Made by a program: the position numbers and the translations under genes | Origin: a virus | Strand: one strand, 5' to 3' | IMG/VR virus record: IMGVR_UViG_3300042731_006512 | Coordinates: 1-64,000 of that record | Length of the DNA: 64,000 nt | The notes under the pieces: model-generated | Databases searched by the model: none | What the model saw: only the letters and a program-made list of their open reading frames with translations | Told to the model about the DNA's origin: nothing | Shown here: positions 10,628 through 22,011 of the stretch, one piece after another | Position numbering within the stretch: position 1 is the stretch's first letter | Layout of the letters: the number at the start of each line of letters is the position of its first letter

Positions 10628-10962
10628 TAGATTTTATCATTCTCCAAAGTAATCATAAATCCACCTTGTGTATCTATAACTAAAGTGAGCCATTTACCAG
10701 TATCTAGTTTTAGTTGTAATCTTCTAAATAATCTTTCTGGTTTTTGCTGTTTTTCTCCACTTAAAAGAACAATATAATCATCAGATTGTGCATATTCTCC
10801 ATCTCCTTCGATTGTTGCACCAGTTCCATGAAAAAATAAATCAACACGATTTAGTTCACTTAGTCGTGTTTTACTCCAACTCGTTTGCTGTTCACAATCA
10901 GGTCCAGCTATAATCTCTCCATCTTCAAAAACTTTTATCCAACCATTCTGCATTATATTCAA
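10627..10962 (-). CDS. Hypothetical small structural-module protein
   Basis: 111-aa ORF with a 4-nt overlap upstream and a 1-nt overlap downstream. No motif recognised. Confidence 0.45.
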   Translation of the reverse strand: MNIMQNGWIKVFEDGEIIAGPDCEQQTSWSKTRLSELNRVDLFFHGTGATIEGDGEYAQSDDYIVLLSGEKQQKPERLFRRLQLKLDTGKWLTLVIDTQGGFMITLENDKI

Positions 10963-11534
10963 CTCGTATAAGAAAACACTCCTTTTACATCAAACTGTTT
11001 TGTTCCTACATGTGCTCCAGATTGAGGGATTTTAAGTCTCATCTGAAATCTAATATTAGGCGGGTCCTCAGAATCAGCATCATAAGAAGGAATAACTCCA
11101 GCCTCTGATGCTCCAGTGCCAGTAGAAACAAGAACAGCATTTACAACACTATCTCCAACACCTGTTCTAACAGTCACACCAGCTGTTTCGGAATCCCTTG
11201 TTGGACTTTTGTTAGAATATATTCCCCAATCACTATCTTCAAATCCATATCTAGCCATAAAGTTAAACTGGACACCGCCAAACCTAGATTCTATATTACT
11301 ATCTCCCCATTCTAAAAGTTCAGCCTTATCTATAGCAGCAGTTCTCGAGCCAGTGTAAACTCCAGATTTGTCATCTACATATAACCTAAAGTTGGTTATA
11401 TCATTATTACCATCATGTCGAATATATAATGTTTTTACAGAAGTAACATTACCTGATTCTTTGCTACCATGGTCCAAATCAGTAACTGCAGACCCACCAC
11501 GCTCTTCAGAAAACTCTACTGTTATAGACATCAA
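10959..11534 (-). CDS. Hypothetical beta-sandwich-like structural protein
   Basis: 191-aa ORF. Its C-terminal motif IRFQMRLKIPQSGAHVG resembles the C-terminus of ORF 60787..61215. Confidence 0.45.
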   Translation of the reverse strand: MMSITVEFSEERGGSAVTDLDHGSKESGNVTSVKTLYIRHDGNNDITNFRLYVDDKSGVYTGSRTAAIDKAELLEWGDSNIESRFGGVQFNFMARYGFEDSDWGIYSNKSPTRDSETAGVTVRTGVGDSVVNAVLVSTGTGASEAGVIPSYDADSEDPPNIRFQMRLKIPQSGAHVGTKQFDVKGVFSYTS

Positions 11535-13780
11535 ATCACCTCAAATGTATTACTAAAGTCAAATGTTCCAGAAATATCAACTCCAAAAGTCCTAGCTCTT
11601 ACTATATTCATATTGTAAAAATCGTTTATTCCATAATCAAACGGACCCACAGATTGCCCACATTGAGCAACAAATACTCCAGTATTATCTAACTCTCCAC
11701 CTATTATCATAACATAATACTCTACTTCCGTCTGAAGCCCAGTTATTTCATAAGAGTTTCCTGACGAATCATTGTTAATCAAAGAAGAGTTAGCCTTAGT
11801 CCACGGCCCGTCAGACTTCTTAGAATAATAGATATTAAAATACACATCAGCATTATAAGATGGCCAACTAACCAAAATCGAGTTTACTCTTGGTTCTATA
11901 TCTGTAGCAAACGGGTCAACTCCATAAGCCTTAACTATAGAATAAACACCAAAAGCAGTGTGTTTATTTACTATGTCTTTTACTTGTTGTTGAGTAAAAG
12001 TTCCACCCGCACCAGAAAAAACAGAAACAGGAACTTCAACAAAATAAGAAGCATTACCAGGATACGCTTCTCCATCCCAACGTCCTATATCCCAATACCA
12101 AATAGTTTCTGGATTTTCTCTCTTTGCTGCACTTACTTTGCTTTCAACAACTCCGCCAGCGGCTATTCTCATATCTCTTGAATCCACATCTTTTGTATCT
12201 ATATTTATATCTACAATCGATTCTCCTATAGTAAGAAATACACCAACACCCTCTACTGTATAAGTATCTAAAAATACTTTATAACTATCCTCTGGAGTAA
12301 CAAAAGATGGAACTCCAGAATAATATAAAATATGACCAGAAGTTAATCTTTGAGTATTATTATTAAAACTCGTCCAATCACTTTCTATCACTTTATTTGT
12401 TTTATCTACTAAAAGATAATATAAAGTTTTAGTCTTGCTCTGGTTTACAGTTTCTGGGTCAATAAATAGAACAAGCTTTTGCTGTAATATCGACTGATTG
12501 TTTACAGGATTCAAATCTACGCCGCTAAACTCAAAATCCTTTTCTTCGTAATAATATGAAGAGCGTATTATATATGAGCTATCTAAATCATATCCTTCTA
12601 TATCAACTAAACCATTAAGATAATCAACACTTCTTATTCCAATCTTATTGGTAAAAGTCCAATATATATATTCAACTCCATTTGAAGCTATAGTTTCAGA
12701 AAGAGAAAGATTGGTTGTGAAAGCAGCCAACCCATTGTTGTATTTATCGTTTACTAAAATATCAATATATAAAGAATCTACATTATTTTCATAAATATTA
12801 TTTCTATTTAAAGCTACAAGATTTTTAGATAAAAAACTTGAAAACTCATTTGAAATCCTTTTATATGGATTCTCCGGGTTCCAAAGTTGTTCAGAAAATT
12901 GAGCAATCGAATACTTATATGTCTCATTATTAACTACAGCATAAAAACTACCATTAGATATTCTTGTAAACCACGGAAAATCAAACCTCAAAGAATCAAA
13001 AGGCAATATTTTGATTTTAGAAACATCTTTTACTAGAAAACCATAATCTCCACTCGTTGGTAAAACAAACTCAAACTCATTTCCTATATAGTTAACTACA
13101 TATACCTTGCGTCCATCATTTATAATATTCAAATCTTCATCTAAATCATCAAATGTTGCTTGACTATATATTTCTTGATTATTTAATATCTCGACATAAG
13201 TAAAAATATCATTATCTATTCTTACGCTATATTGAACAAAAAATATATCATCCGAATCTATATTATTTTTCAGATTGTTGTAGACAATACCTTTATCAAA
13301 ATCTACATTTTTCTCTTGGATGGATATTTCTCGAAAATCTTTATCTAAAATCTTCACACTTGTAAGCACTACACCAGAATCAAGACTATAACCAGAGGAA
13401 CGAGGTACGTTATCTGTGCTTATAATATGCTGGAAAAATAAAGAAACCTGAGTTGAATCTGCTAATATAATAATCTGGTCAGTAACCCATACTTTGTCAG
13501 TCTTAAAGATATAAGAAGACACTCCTTTGATAACAATGCTGTTACCAGTAGCATTAGAACGATTTGTTATAAGAGAAGAAGACTTATCAACAACAGATAC
13601 TACACTTGATGCCAATGCAAAGTCATTACTTAAAAAAGAAACAGCAGCATTTTTAGCATCATAATCTTGTTTATAAAAAACATTTTCTCGTCGTCGATAA
13701 ATATTTAAACATGAATCTGTATCTACCTGATAATCAGTAGATGTAACAGAAAATGAACATGGAAGAAAAAATCCAGACAT
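11531..13780 (-). CDS. Tail structural protein with C-terminal fibronectin type III-like domain
   Basis: 749 aa. The C-terminal segment SILVSWPSYNADVYFNIYYSKKSDGPWTKAN...YEITGLQTEVEYYVMI has the FN3 pattern. Confidence 0.5.
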   Translation of the reverse strand: MSGFFLPCSFSVTSTDYQVDTDSCLNIYRRRENVFYKQDYDAKNAAVSFLSNDFALASSVVSVVDKSSSLITNRSNATGNSIVIKGVSSYIFKTDKVWVTDQIIILADSTQVSLFFQHIISTDNVPRSSGYSLDSGVVLTSVKILDKDFREISIQEKNVDFDKGIVYNNLKNNIDSDDIFFVQYSVRIDNDIFTYVEILNNQEIYSQATFDDLDEDLNIINDGRKVYVVNYIGNEFEFVLPTSGDYGFLVKDVSKIKILPFDSLRFDFPWFTRISNGSFYAVVNNETYKYSIAQFSEQLWNPENPYKRISNEFSSFLSKNLVALNRNNIYENNVDSLYIDILVNDKYNNGLAAFTTNLSLSETIASNGVEYIYWTFTNKIGIRSVDYLNGLVDIEGYDLDSSYIIRSSYYYEEKDFEFSGVDLNPVNNQSILQQKLVLFIDPETVNQSKTKTLYYLLVDKTNKVIESDWTSFNNNTQRLTSGHILYYSGVPSFVTPEDSYKVFLDTYTVEGVGVFLTIGESIVDINIDTKDVDSRDMRIAAGGVVESKVSAAKRENPETIWYWDIGRWDGEAYPGNASYFVEVPVSVFSGAGGTFTQQQVKDIVNKHTAFGVYSIVKAYGVDPFATDIEPRVNSILVSWPSYNADVYFNIYYSKKSDGPWTKANSSLINNDSSGNSYEITGLQTEVEYYVMIIGGELDNTGVFVAQCGQSVGPFDYGINDFYNMNIVRARTFGVDISGTFDFSNTFEVI

Positions 13781-13783
13781 ATA

Positions 13784-15493
13784 TTAACTTTGACTTCCTA
13801 CAATAGTCCAAGTCCCAGGAGTTCCTGCAACACTACATATATAAAGTTTTGCATTATATACACAAATATCTCCAACTTGATTTGGGCCAGAAGGAAGAGA
13901 AGATTGAGGAACTATCCTCAATGCCGATTTCGTTGGGGTCGCAACCTTTCCTTCGGCAATCAAAGAATAGTTATCGGTAGACTTTGCCCAAAGAGGTATT
14001 TCAGAATCGCTTTGAGATTGAACCATTATAGCAGAGTTCGATTGGTCAAAAAACAAATATGGACCAGCCACAACAGAACCAAAATATAAACGATTACTAT
14101 CAGCTAAAATATTCAAATAGTTTCCGCTATCTGCAGCAGTAGAAGCTAATACAAAATCACCAAGCATAGCATTATCATTTACATCCCTATTTCTTCCTCC
14201 TACAGTTCCTTGAGAACCGGCGCGAGAAAGAAGAGATATATGGTCATCATTAGACCATCGACTTGGAGCCCAAGCAGGAACATCTGTCGGATAAGTAGAA
14301 CTATGTCCAGAATAATCAGACGTAGGTGGATTCAGGTCCAAAAGATTAGAATGACTCATTAAAGAAGAAAACTCCCCTTCATTGCCATGAGTATGATTCA
14401 TCATGGCATTAGTTAAAGTCCAAAAACTTCTAGAAACAGGAGAACCCACAGCTATTACAGAATAGTTCGTACCATTATAAGATTGTTCTACTTCAGAACC
14501 TGACACTTTTCCAGAAAAATCTATATATGCAGATTCTATTTCAAAAACCCAATCATCAGATGTCTTTCTGAAAACAGCATCTGCAATAATAGTACCTGAT
14601 GTTCTATCCCAAAGATAAAGAAAACCAAAAGGAAGAGAATCGCCAACATTTAAAGAAGAAAGATTATCTTTTATTTCTTTAGGTAAAGGATATCTATAAA
14701 AAGCATCTTCCAAAGCATTAACACCTGGACTTTGCCATAGTTTCTTGGAACCAACAGCTGCTACTGCTGTATCATAGTTATCAGACAAATCAGAAGAAGA
14801 AGGATATCTATCAGGTAAAGACCAATCGTCAAAAGCCCCGTTATCAAAATCTAATAAAAGAGGAAGTCTAGGCGGAAGATGAAGATAATACTTTCCACCA
14901 GAAGTTGAAACTCTACAAGCTGTAAAATCATTTTGGCGTGGGTCTGGTATAACCGAAGGAAATGTATAATCACGAATATTCCAATCAGTACTATCTACTG
15001 TATATTGAACTTCTGCACTTGATGATATAGCATTAAAACTTATTATTTTACCATTAGAAGAATCAACCCAATAATCACCAGTTCCATCAACGTCAGATTT
15101 GTTTGTTACTCTTGTAACTAGAGCACCTCCACCACTATCGTTGACAGAAACAGAAGATAATGTCTTAGGTTTAAACTGAAAATAGAACTCATTTTGGTTT
15201 TCATATTTTGCGCCAACATTATCTACATAAACAAAGTCTTCATCAACTGGATACAAACACGGATTCATATATTTCATTTGACCAAGTGAACGTGCAAGAT
15301 TCGGAATCTGCAATGGATAACTAACTGTTAATGAATCACCAGACTGGTTCCATAAATCACCAATAGCTTTTTCTAAAACATTGGTTGCACTTCTTACCTG
15401 ATTGCTTATCGCATTAAACTTAGCTGCACTTGGATTCTCTCCATTTTCCATTGTAATAACCAAAGATGCAACACTTCTTAACTTGTCAGTCAT
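13784..15493 (-). CDS. Tail fibre protein
   Basis: 569 aa. N-terminal helical attachment-like region and a C-terminal tip GDICVYNAKLYICSVAGTPGTWTIVG related to the tip of ORF 2279..2995. Confidence 0.5.
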   Translation of the reverse strand: MTDKLRSVASLVITMENGENPSAAKFNAISNQVRSATNVLEKAIGDLWNQSGDSLTVSYPLQIPNLARSLGQMKYMNPCLYPVDEDFVYVDNVGAKYENQNEFYFQFKPKTLSSVSVNDSGGGALVTRVTNKSDVDGTGDYWVDSSNGKIISFNAISSSAEVQYTVDSTDWNIRDYTFPSVIPDPRQNDFTACRVSTSGGKYYLHLPPRLPLLLDFDNGAFDDWSLPDRYPSSSDLSDNYDTAVAAVGSKKLWQSPGVNALEDAFYRYPLPKEIKDNLSSLNVGDSLPFGFLYLWDRTSGTIIADAVFRKTSDDWVFEIESAYIDFSGKVSGSEVEQSYNGTNYSVIAVGSPVSRSFWTLTNAMMNHTHGNEGEFSSLMSHSNLLDLNPPTSDYSGHSSTYPTDVPAWAPSRWSNDDHISLLSRAGSQGTVGGRNRDVNDNAMLGDFVLASTAADSGNYLNILADSNRLYFGSVVAGPYLFFDQSNSAIMVQSQSDSEIPLWAKSTDNYSLIAEGKVATPTKSALRIVPQSSLPSGPNQVGDICVYNAKLYICSVAGTPGTWTIVGSQS

Positions 15494-15501
15494 ATTGTCT
15501 C

Positions 15502-18500
15502 CTAATAATATCTTTCATATATATCTAAACCGCTTACTAAGTAATAATCATTAGGAAGCGAATCGTTTAAGTCAAGAAAGGTTCTATGCCCTACAACTGA
15601 TGCTACATCAGTATCGTTGCTTTTCAATCTAAAGCCTACAGGAACAGTAGATGGACAACTACCTGAATACAAATGAGTATCTAAACCTAAATGTTTACTG
15701 TCTAATATTCTAGTTCTCCTAAACCAATCCGGATAACTTTCAGACTCAAGATTATATCTAGACTGAAATGTATGTGACACAATGTTTTCACCAGATGTGA
15801 GTCTAACTTCATCATAATAACCCAATATGGTACGCCTTCCTTTCCTTCCAACTATATTACTAAGACCTGCTGAAGAATAAAGAATCAGTGCATTTGACGA
15901 CAAATCATTTCCGACAAATAACCATTCTTTATTATTAAAAACAACATCATATAACCCTCCGTTTACTCCAGAAACGGTAGACCATGTGTCACCATTATCG
16001 TTAGAATGGTGGATATATAGATTGTTAGATGACAATATAACCCATCGAGCATTTTCTGTTTCATAATAAGCATTCTGGTATGTCCCTTGTGGCGGATATA
16101 TTTCATGGAAGGTCAAACCATTATCAGTCGACCTTAATATATAACCTTGCCCTTGTGCTACAATCCAAGTATTATTTCCATAACCTAATCCTCCCGTCGT
16201 AGGGTCTGTCCAATCAGTACTTACAGATAAATCTATCCACGTCAAACCATCTGTCGATTTATGTAAACCACTATATTCAGTCAACAAGAACCAGTTTCCC
16301 CCTCCATATTTAATATCCATTACCTGTCCACCATTTATAGTAGAAGCAGACTTACTCCAAGTAACAGTATCAGAAGAACTCTGGACCTCTTCGTATCCAC
16401 CTATATGCCATATTCCATTTCCATAAGAAACAAAATAACAATCAGAGAGAGTAGAAGCACCAACTCTCTCTGTCCAGTTGTAAAGATTTGAAGAAATCCA
16501 TATATCATTAGAATCTCCTACAGCAACCCATAAACCATTACCATAAGCTACACTTCGCAAATTCGTTCCAGGAGGAGAAACATCAATCCAGTTTATCGTA
16601 TCCGTAGAAATCTGAACACCACCACCACATGAAACCCAAAAACCATTTTGATATATTACTTTTTTCTGACTAGAAGCTAGAACACTATCTCTTTCTACTA
16701 GATTAAAATCATATTCCATAAAAGGTGACGGAACAGAACCAAAATCCAAATCTTCTTTTTCTATAACTCCAACATTATCTATATAGCCATAAATATTTAA
16801 AGACCCAACATCTGGAGTAACATCGTCAGGAATATATTGCCAACTTAACTTAATCTGATGCCAAGCTCCATCCGAAAGATTAGAATCAGTCAAATCTACA
16901 GAAAAATCAGACGGACTTAAGGCAAAACACGACAATCCACTTGCTATATAGTCAACTCCAAAATACGAAGTTCCACCATCTAAAAATGTAAATACTTCAA
17001 TCCCGTTATTCTTACTTGCAGAATCTCCATATAACATTGAAAACATATATCCAGAAGATATCGAATCCGCCACATTATATCCAATCCATGGAGTTCTATA
17101 AGCAAACTCAAGCGTTCCACTATTTATAGGAAAATGGTGAAAAACATTTTGGTCAGATTCAATATTTCCGCCAGAACCAATAATATATAAAGCTTCATTT
17201 GAATATCCTGCATTTCCAGCAAAAATATAATCTTCACCTTCTGCATCTAAACTATTTGGTCCACTGTCCTCAAGATTATTGTCAAAATGGTACAAAGCTA
17301 CTGTATTGTCCTGTAAACCTAACTCACTATACACAAACTCACCAGATGTTAACTTTTGTTCTAAATAAGTGTCATAAAGTTCACCAGATGTTGCCTCTAC
17401 AATCCAATCGTCTCCATAATAATCCATGCTCCTCACCCCCCTGTATAAACCACTTGGTATATCAGACAAACCTTCGCAGTTAATAATACCATCAGAAGAA
17501 TCATCAAAACCTATATTTATTTCAATAATATTCGAATAAATCCTTTGGCCAGTTAAAGGATTGATAACATAAGCCCTAATATAATCCAGAGCTTCTGCTG
17601 CAACCAAAAAAGACTTATATTTATCATTTAAAGGCTCGATTATTTCATTATAAACCAGCTCCATCTCAGGAGCAGAAGAAGTTCCAATAGAAGTATATTT
17701 GACAGGAAAAATAGGAGAATATGTAGGATTGTATTGAGAACCAGAATGTGGATGAATATGATTCGGATTATTCGTATAGATTACTTCCTTACGACCAACT
17801 CCTAGTGTATCAACATCAGTATCATCTATAAACTCAACTTCTGTAATACCAAACTGTTGACGATATGATTTTTCAAAATCTATTCCAGCTTGACTTTGAG
17901 CATCTGCAGCAGATGGATTTACATAAACACCATTTCCATTTAGAAAGTTAAGATAATAATCATCTTCTCCACTTGAAGGAGTGGCTAAAACCAAATCTTC
18001 GCGAGTTATACCAAAAAGAAGAACTCCACTTTCGTTTGTAAGTTCTCGTAATCCTGACACATTTATAATACTATTACTTCCACTATGCGTTATGTCAGTG
18101 GTTAAGTAACCAATACTATCAATATCAGATAGAGAACTAATATAGCTGTACGCCTCACCATTTGTATTCGTAAGAGTGTCTGCAGGACTTACAGAACTAG
18201 TTGCAGGCTCTATATTTTCAAAATAAACAGTTTGATAAGAAAGTAGATTGTTTTTATTAGATTTTACCGTAGCAGTTACCTTACCCACTACACCATTAAT
18301 ATTGACCTGATATTGATTTAATAAGTTTTGGCTAAGGTCACAAGATAAAGAAATAGAAGCTGGAACTTCATTATCTAAACCAACAAATAAAATACCTTCC
18401 TCAAAAGATGTATGAAGAGGATTTATATCAGCATTTAATCCTAAAATATAATCTCGAGAATATTGAGGTTCATATTCTAAAGCAACCCCCTTTGTATAGC

Positions 18501-19500
18501 GCGCTATAATCTTACTTCCCAAAGACGGAACCAAACCAGAACCAGTAATGCCATCATAGTTTCCAAAACTAACAACACCTAATATTGGGTCTAGTTTATA
18601 TTCATAAGAACCATCTTCCGTAAAGTCAAGAAGGTTATCTATTTGGTTCCACGTTGTATAGATACCAGACGAAGCATATGTCACAACTTCAAAGTAGCCA
18701 GATGGGTCTATAGGAGAATATTTTGTGAAAAATCTATTTTTGTAACCATCTCCAACACCAAGCAGCTCATAACCCTGAAAATCTCCAGAATCAGCAATAG
18801 AATCAGAATAATCATCGTTTAACCAAACTTTCCGATTGTTGTAATCTACAATAAACTCTGGGTTGCCACTGTGAACATTTTCAAAAGAAACATTCCCTTC
18901 ATCGTTTAATGTATCAAACTCTATATTATCTTCATCTAATCTACCGGTAAACTGAACACGTTTTCTAAAATCTAAATCAATATCATATCTTTGATTAGTT
19001 CTGTCATATATATATCGCCTAGCCTTAATAGGTGTTCCAACCTTAGGTGTATGAGAAAGATTAAGATATTGAAGACCACTATATGTCTGATTATTGTAAA
19101 AGTTTTCTGTTAAATAATCATCACTAAATAAATAATACTCTTCGTTGTATTCATAAAAATATCCATGACATATTTTTGGAATCCATTTTTTTAAATCATT
19201 ATAAGAGAGCTCCAAAACCTCAAATAAAAGCAAATCATTATTATCACCAATACCGGACTGCCAAAAGCTATCATCTAAAAAGTTAGAAACAGGGTCCCAA
19301 ATAGAAGATGAATATTGTAAAGCTTCAAGCTCTTTCTGGTCTGGCCAAGTTCTTTTATCCCATTGCCAGCCTTGAATCCTTTTGTTAGAACCAGGATGGA
19401 CAATAGATGAATATATACTATCAAACCCTGTCGCCAAAGACCTAAAGCTAGAGCGATATACGTCAATGATTATATCATTATCTATTGTATAGTTACTCAT
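15502..19500 (-). CDS. Giant tail protein with LamG/concanavalin-like domain and a beta-propeller of YGNGxW / SxDxGxTW repeats
   Basis: 1332 aa. LamG-type signature ALYHFDNNLEDSGPNSLDAEG at about 16700..17300. About six blades (VAYGNGLWVAVG, VSYGNGIWHIGG, IKYGGGNWFLL, LGYGNNTWIVAQ, STDGLTW, STDNGLTF, SNDNGDTW) at about 15850..16650. Confidence 0.6.
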   Translation of the reverse strand: MSNYTIDNDIIIDVYRSSFRSLATGFDSIYSSIVHPGSNKRIQGWQWDKRTWPDQKELEALQYSSSIWDPVSNFLDDSFWQSGIGDNNDLLLFEVLELSYNDLKKWIPKICHGYFYEYNEEYYLFSDDYLTENFYNNQTYSGLQYLNLSHTPKVGTPIKARRYIYDRTNQRYDIDLDFRKRVQFTGRLDEDNIEFDTLNDEGNVSFENVHSGNPEFIVDYNNRKVWLNDDYSDSIADSGDFQGYELLGVGDGYKNRFFTKYSPIDPSGYFEVVTYASSGIYTTWNQIDNLLDFTEDGSYEYKLDPILGVVSFGNYDGITGSGLVPSLGSKIIARYTKGVALEYEPQYSRDYILGLNADINPLHTSFEEGILFVGLDNEVPASISLSCDLSQNLLNQYQVNINGVVGKVTATVKSNKNNLLSYQTVYFENIEPATSSVSPADTLTNTNGEAYSYISSLSDIDSIGYLTTDITHSGSNSIINVSGLRELTNESGVLLFGITREDLVLATPSSGEDDYYLNFLNGNGVYVNPSAADAQSQAGIDFEKSYRQQFGITEVEFIDDTDVDTLGVGRKEVIYTNNPNHIHPHSGSQYNPTYSPIFPVKYTSIGTSSAPEMELVYNEIIEPLNDKYKSFLVAAEALDYIRAYVINPLTGQRIYSNIIEINIGFDDSSDGIINCEGLSDIPSGLYRGVRSMDYYGDDWIVEATSGELYDTYLEQKLTSGEFVYSELGLQDNTVALYHFDNNLEDSGPNSLDAEGEDYIFAGNAGYSNEALYIIGSGGNIESDQNVFHHFPINSGTLEFAYRTPWIGYNVADSISSGYMFSMLYGDSASKNNGIEVFTFLDGGTSYFGVDYIASGLSCFALSPSDFSVDLTDSNLSDGAWHQIKLSWQYIPDDVTPDVGSLNIYGYIDNVGVIEKEDLDFGSVPSPFMEYDFNLVERDSVLASSQKKVIYQNGFWVSCGGGVQISTDTINWIDVSPPGTNLRSVAYGNGLWVAVGDSNDIWISSNLYNWTERVGASTLSDCYFVSYGNGIWHIGGYEEVQSSSDTVTWSKSASTINGGQVMDIKYGGGNWFLLTEYSGLHKSTDGLTWIDLSVSTDWTDPTTGGLGYGNNTWIVAQGQGYILRSTDNGLTFHEIYPPQGTYQNAYYETENARWVILSSNNLYIHHSNDNGDTWSTVSGVNGGLYDVVFNNKEWLFVGNDLSSNALILYSSAGLSNIVGRKGRRTILGYYDEVRLTSGENIVSHTFQSRYNLESESYPDWFRRTRILDSKHLGLDTHLYSGSCPSTVPVGFRLKSNDTDVASVVGHRTFLDLNDSLPNDYYLVSGLDIYERYY

Positions 19501-19506
19501 TTGTTA

Positions 19507-20406
19507 TCATGGCGCATATGAATATCCAAATATAGACATAAGCTCATTTATTAAATCAGCACCCAATCCAGTTGGAGCACCATTTTCATATGTACCATTT
19601 TCCATTAATATTTGTTCAAACATTTTCTCTTTAAAATCACTTGACGAAAGCCCATGTATAATGACAGGACTCGCCCAAACTTCAAAGTTATCATCTCTGT
19701 ATTCATATCTAATAACAGAACCATTCGCTGGCACTTCTTTAGTATAAACTATCCCTAAATCATAATCTATAAAATATTGACCATCCTTGATTACTTCTAG
19801 CTGAGAATCTACTCTTTCAAACATATTAGAACTTGAAACAGAAACTGAACTTGAAAGTAAGTTTTGATTATCAAGATTTATTACAATCGAACCTTTCGAT
19901 AACTCTTCTGATGTAACAAGTTTTATAGATTTCTGATTAAAGATTGTCATAGAACGAAGATATTGACTTATGTCAGACTGAATGGCAGCATACATATAAT
20001 CAGAACTATTAATAACAGAAACTAACTCCTCATATGACCAAGCACCACCTGTTTTTTCATATCTATCAATGGTATCAACCAAACCCGAAGAGCTATCTGT
20101 CCAATCACTATATATATAACATTTAGTTTCTTCAAAACTAATAGCAGGATTTTCTCCAACTGTTGCGCCATTGTTATCTAAAACAGGCGTTATAGTCATA
20201 GCGTGATATAAACTTAAACCAAGCTCACGAGTTATACCGTTAATCAATCCACTATATGAAGAGTTTGCTCTATTGGTAAAAACATCAAAAAGTCTTTGTT
20301 TATAAGATGGATTTCGCTCACCCTCAATGCGAGGTAAATCTAAAAGAAGACCGAAATCATCAAGTTCGTCGAAAACCTGATGTATCACTGGAGTATAAGT
20401 CGCCAT
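19507..20406 (-). CDS. Baseplate/tail protein, Mu gp48 (DUF2313)-like
   Basis: 299 aa. The N-terminal pattern FDELDDFGLLLDLPRIEGERNPSYKQRLFDVF resembles the xGxxR-xGE-xxxYRxRI signature of the family. It lies downstream of the baseplate J gene. Confidence 0.4.
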   Translation of the reverse strand: MATYTPVIHQVFDELDDFGLLLDLPRIEGERNPSYKQRLFDVFTNRANSSYSGLINGITRELGLSLYHAMTITPVLDNNGATVGENPAISFEETKCYIYSDWTDSSSGLVDTIDRYEKTGGAWSYEELVSVINSSDYMYAAIQSDISQYLRSMTIFNQKSIKLVTSEELSKGSIVINLDNQNLLSSSVSVSSSNMFERVDSQLEVIKDGQYFIDYDLGIVYTKEVPANGSVIRYEYRDDNFEVWASPVIIHGLSSSDFKEKMFEQILMENGTYENGAPTGLGADLINELMSIFGYSYAP

Positions 20407-22010
20407 TAAGTTATATCAACCTCTTCATAATCTTCCTTCAAATATACGATTTTATCACTATAATCAACAATCATTAAATCAGAATGAAGACTAAAGTTAA
20501 AATATCCAGAATCTGTTTTCACCCAAAGTTGTTGGTCGCTATCAAAATCAACTCCTAAAATAACTCCAGATACATAATCCGATATATCTATTTTTGACAA
20601 AGGCTGTTTGTACTTGATTGGAACTACTATCTTTTCAATATATAAAATATCTCCAGGATAATAAACTTCAAGACATATTTTATATTCTCCACGTTCTGAA
20701 GCATTAATAGTAACCTCACCTTCAAGTTCTCTTTTAAGCTCTGTCGGATATTGCCAAAAATCCGAAGAAAATGCTACTTGAATACCAGCATTCAAACCAT
20801 ATTTAGTACCAGAAGGAGCTTTATACCAAAGCCTATATCTATCTACCTGTTTCAGTGGACGTATATGTAAAGGAGTAAAAACTATGTCGTCTCCGATAGT
20901 GTAATAATCATTAGACAACTCTATTTTAAAGTTGGAATCCGGCGTTTTGTCAACAAGAAAATCTACCCCACTAACCATTGTTTCTTCAAGACTGAAACAA
21001 TAAAGACTAGAATCATCGACAAGCCATGCGCGCTCAGAAAAAGGTTGAACCGCAAGGTCTATTGCATCAATAGAAGATAAATCTGTATTAATAAGTTCCC
21101 ATCTATCTTTGGTTGTTTTGCCCGAAAAACCTAAGACAAGATTTTGCCATTCATCTGTTATGTAACCAACAAGAGATAAAGCCGTCCCAGTATCAATAGA
21201 TTCAATATTCCAAAACTCATCAATCTTAGTATCTATATCAGACCAGCGCATATTATAAAACGATAAATATGGGCCCCAATCAAAGTTAGCAGAACGAATC
21301 TCTATACTTACATCATCTTCAAGATTTTCCGTATCTACGTATGTAATATTCTTCCATTCTTTAGAAGTTGATTGTTTCATATCCCATGGAAATACCAAAG
21401 TTTCTGTTTCTTTTGTCCCTTTTCTTGTTGTACCAGTAAGGGTAATCTTACCTCTATCCAGCTCACCATCATCATTAATAGAAACATACTGAGTTCCACT
21501 TGTTGTTTCTATATACAGTTTACCACCATCGGAAATATGATGCGTTAAAAGCCCGCTATAAGGAAACGAAGGCGCCGGCCAATGCAACAAAATATCAGAG
21601 CCAGTTTGTTCATCCTGCAAATCAACACGACTTGGAATAGATTTATACCACATATTTTCAAGAGTATTTTCATCAGCTATAGAAACATCAACATAACCAC
21701 TATGCACATTATTGATAACTAACCCCCTAACAGTTGGAGGAGAATATACTGATTGTAACTGGTCGGTCGTATCTAAGGTGAAACTAAATGTAGTTGGTAG
21801 TTCTACTTTATAAACCCAATCTACCTCATCCAGATTAACAGAAGTTAGAAAAGCATTTCTTTTCATTTTTTCCAAATATATATTCATATCATCAAACTGT
21901 GCACCAAAAACATTCAACAACTGCGTACCAACAGACTGCCAACTAGTCCGTATGTCAGACCACGTAGGATAAAATGCTCTTAAACTCTGTGTAGATAAGG
22001 CTTTTTTCAT
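20406..22010 (-). CDS. Baseplate wedge-associated protein
   Basis: 534-aa ORF between the J-like and DUF2313-like genes, translationally coupled. Called by synteny only. Confidence 0.35.
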   Translation of the reverse strand: MKKALSTQSLRAFYPTWSDIRTSWQSVGTQLLNVFGAQFDDMNIYLEKMKRNAFLTSVNLDEVDWVYKVELPTTFSFTLDTTDQLQSVYSPPTVRGLVINNVHSGYVDVSIADENTLENMWYKSIPSRVDLQDEQTGSDILLHWPAPSFPYSGLLTHHISDGGKLYIETTSGTQYVSINDDGELDRGKITLTGTTRKGTKETETLVFPWDMKQSTSKEWKNITYVDTENLEDDVSIEIRSANFDWGPYLSFYNMRWSDIDTKIDEFWNIESIDTGTALSLVGYITDEWQNLVLGFSGKTTKDRWELINTDLSSIDAIDLAVQPFSERAWLVDDSSLYCFSLEETMVSGVDFLVDKTPDSNFKIELSNDYYTIGDDIVFTPLHIRPLKQVDRYRLWYKAPSGTKYGLNAGIQVAFSSDFWQYPTELKRELEGEVTINASERGEYKICLEVYYPGDILYIEKIVVPIKYKQPLSKIDISDYVSGVILGVDFDSDQQLWVKTDSGYFNFSLHSDLMIVDYSDKIVYLKEDYEEVDIT

Positions 22011-22011
22011 T

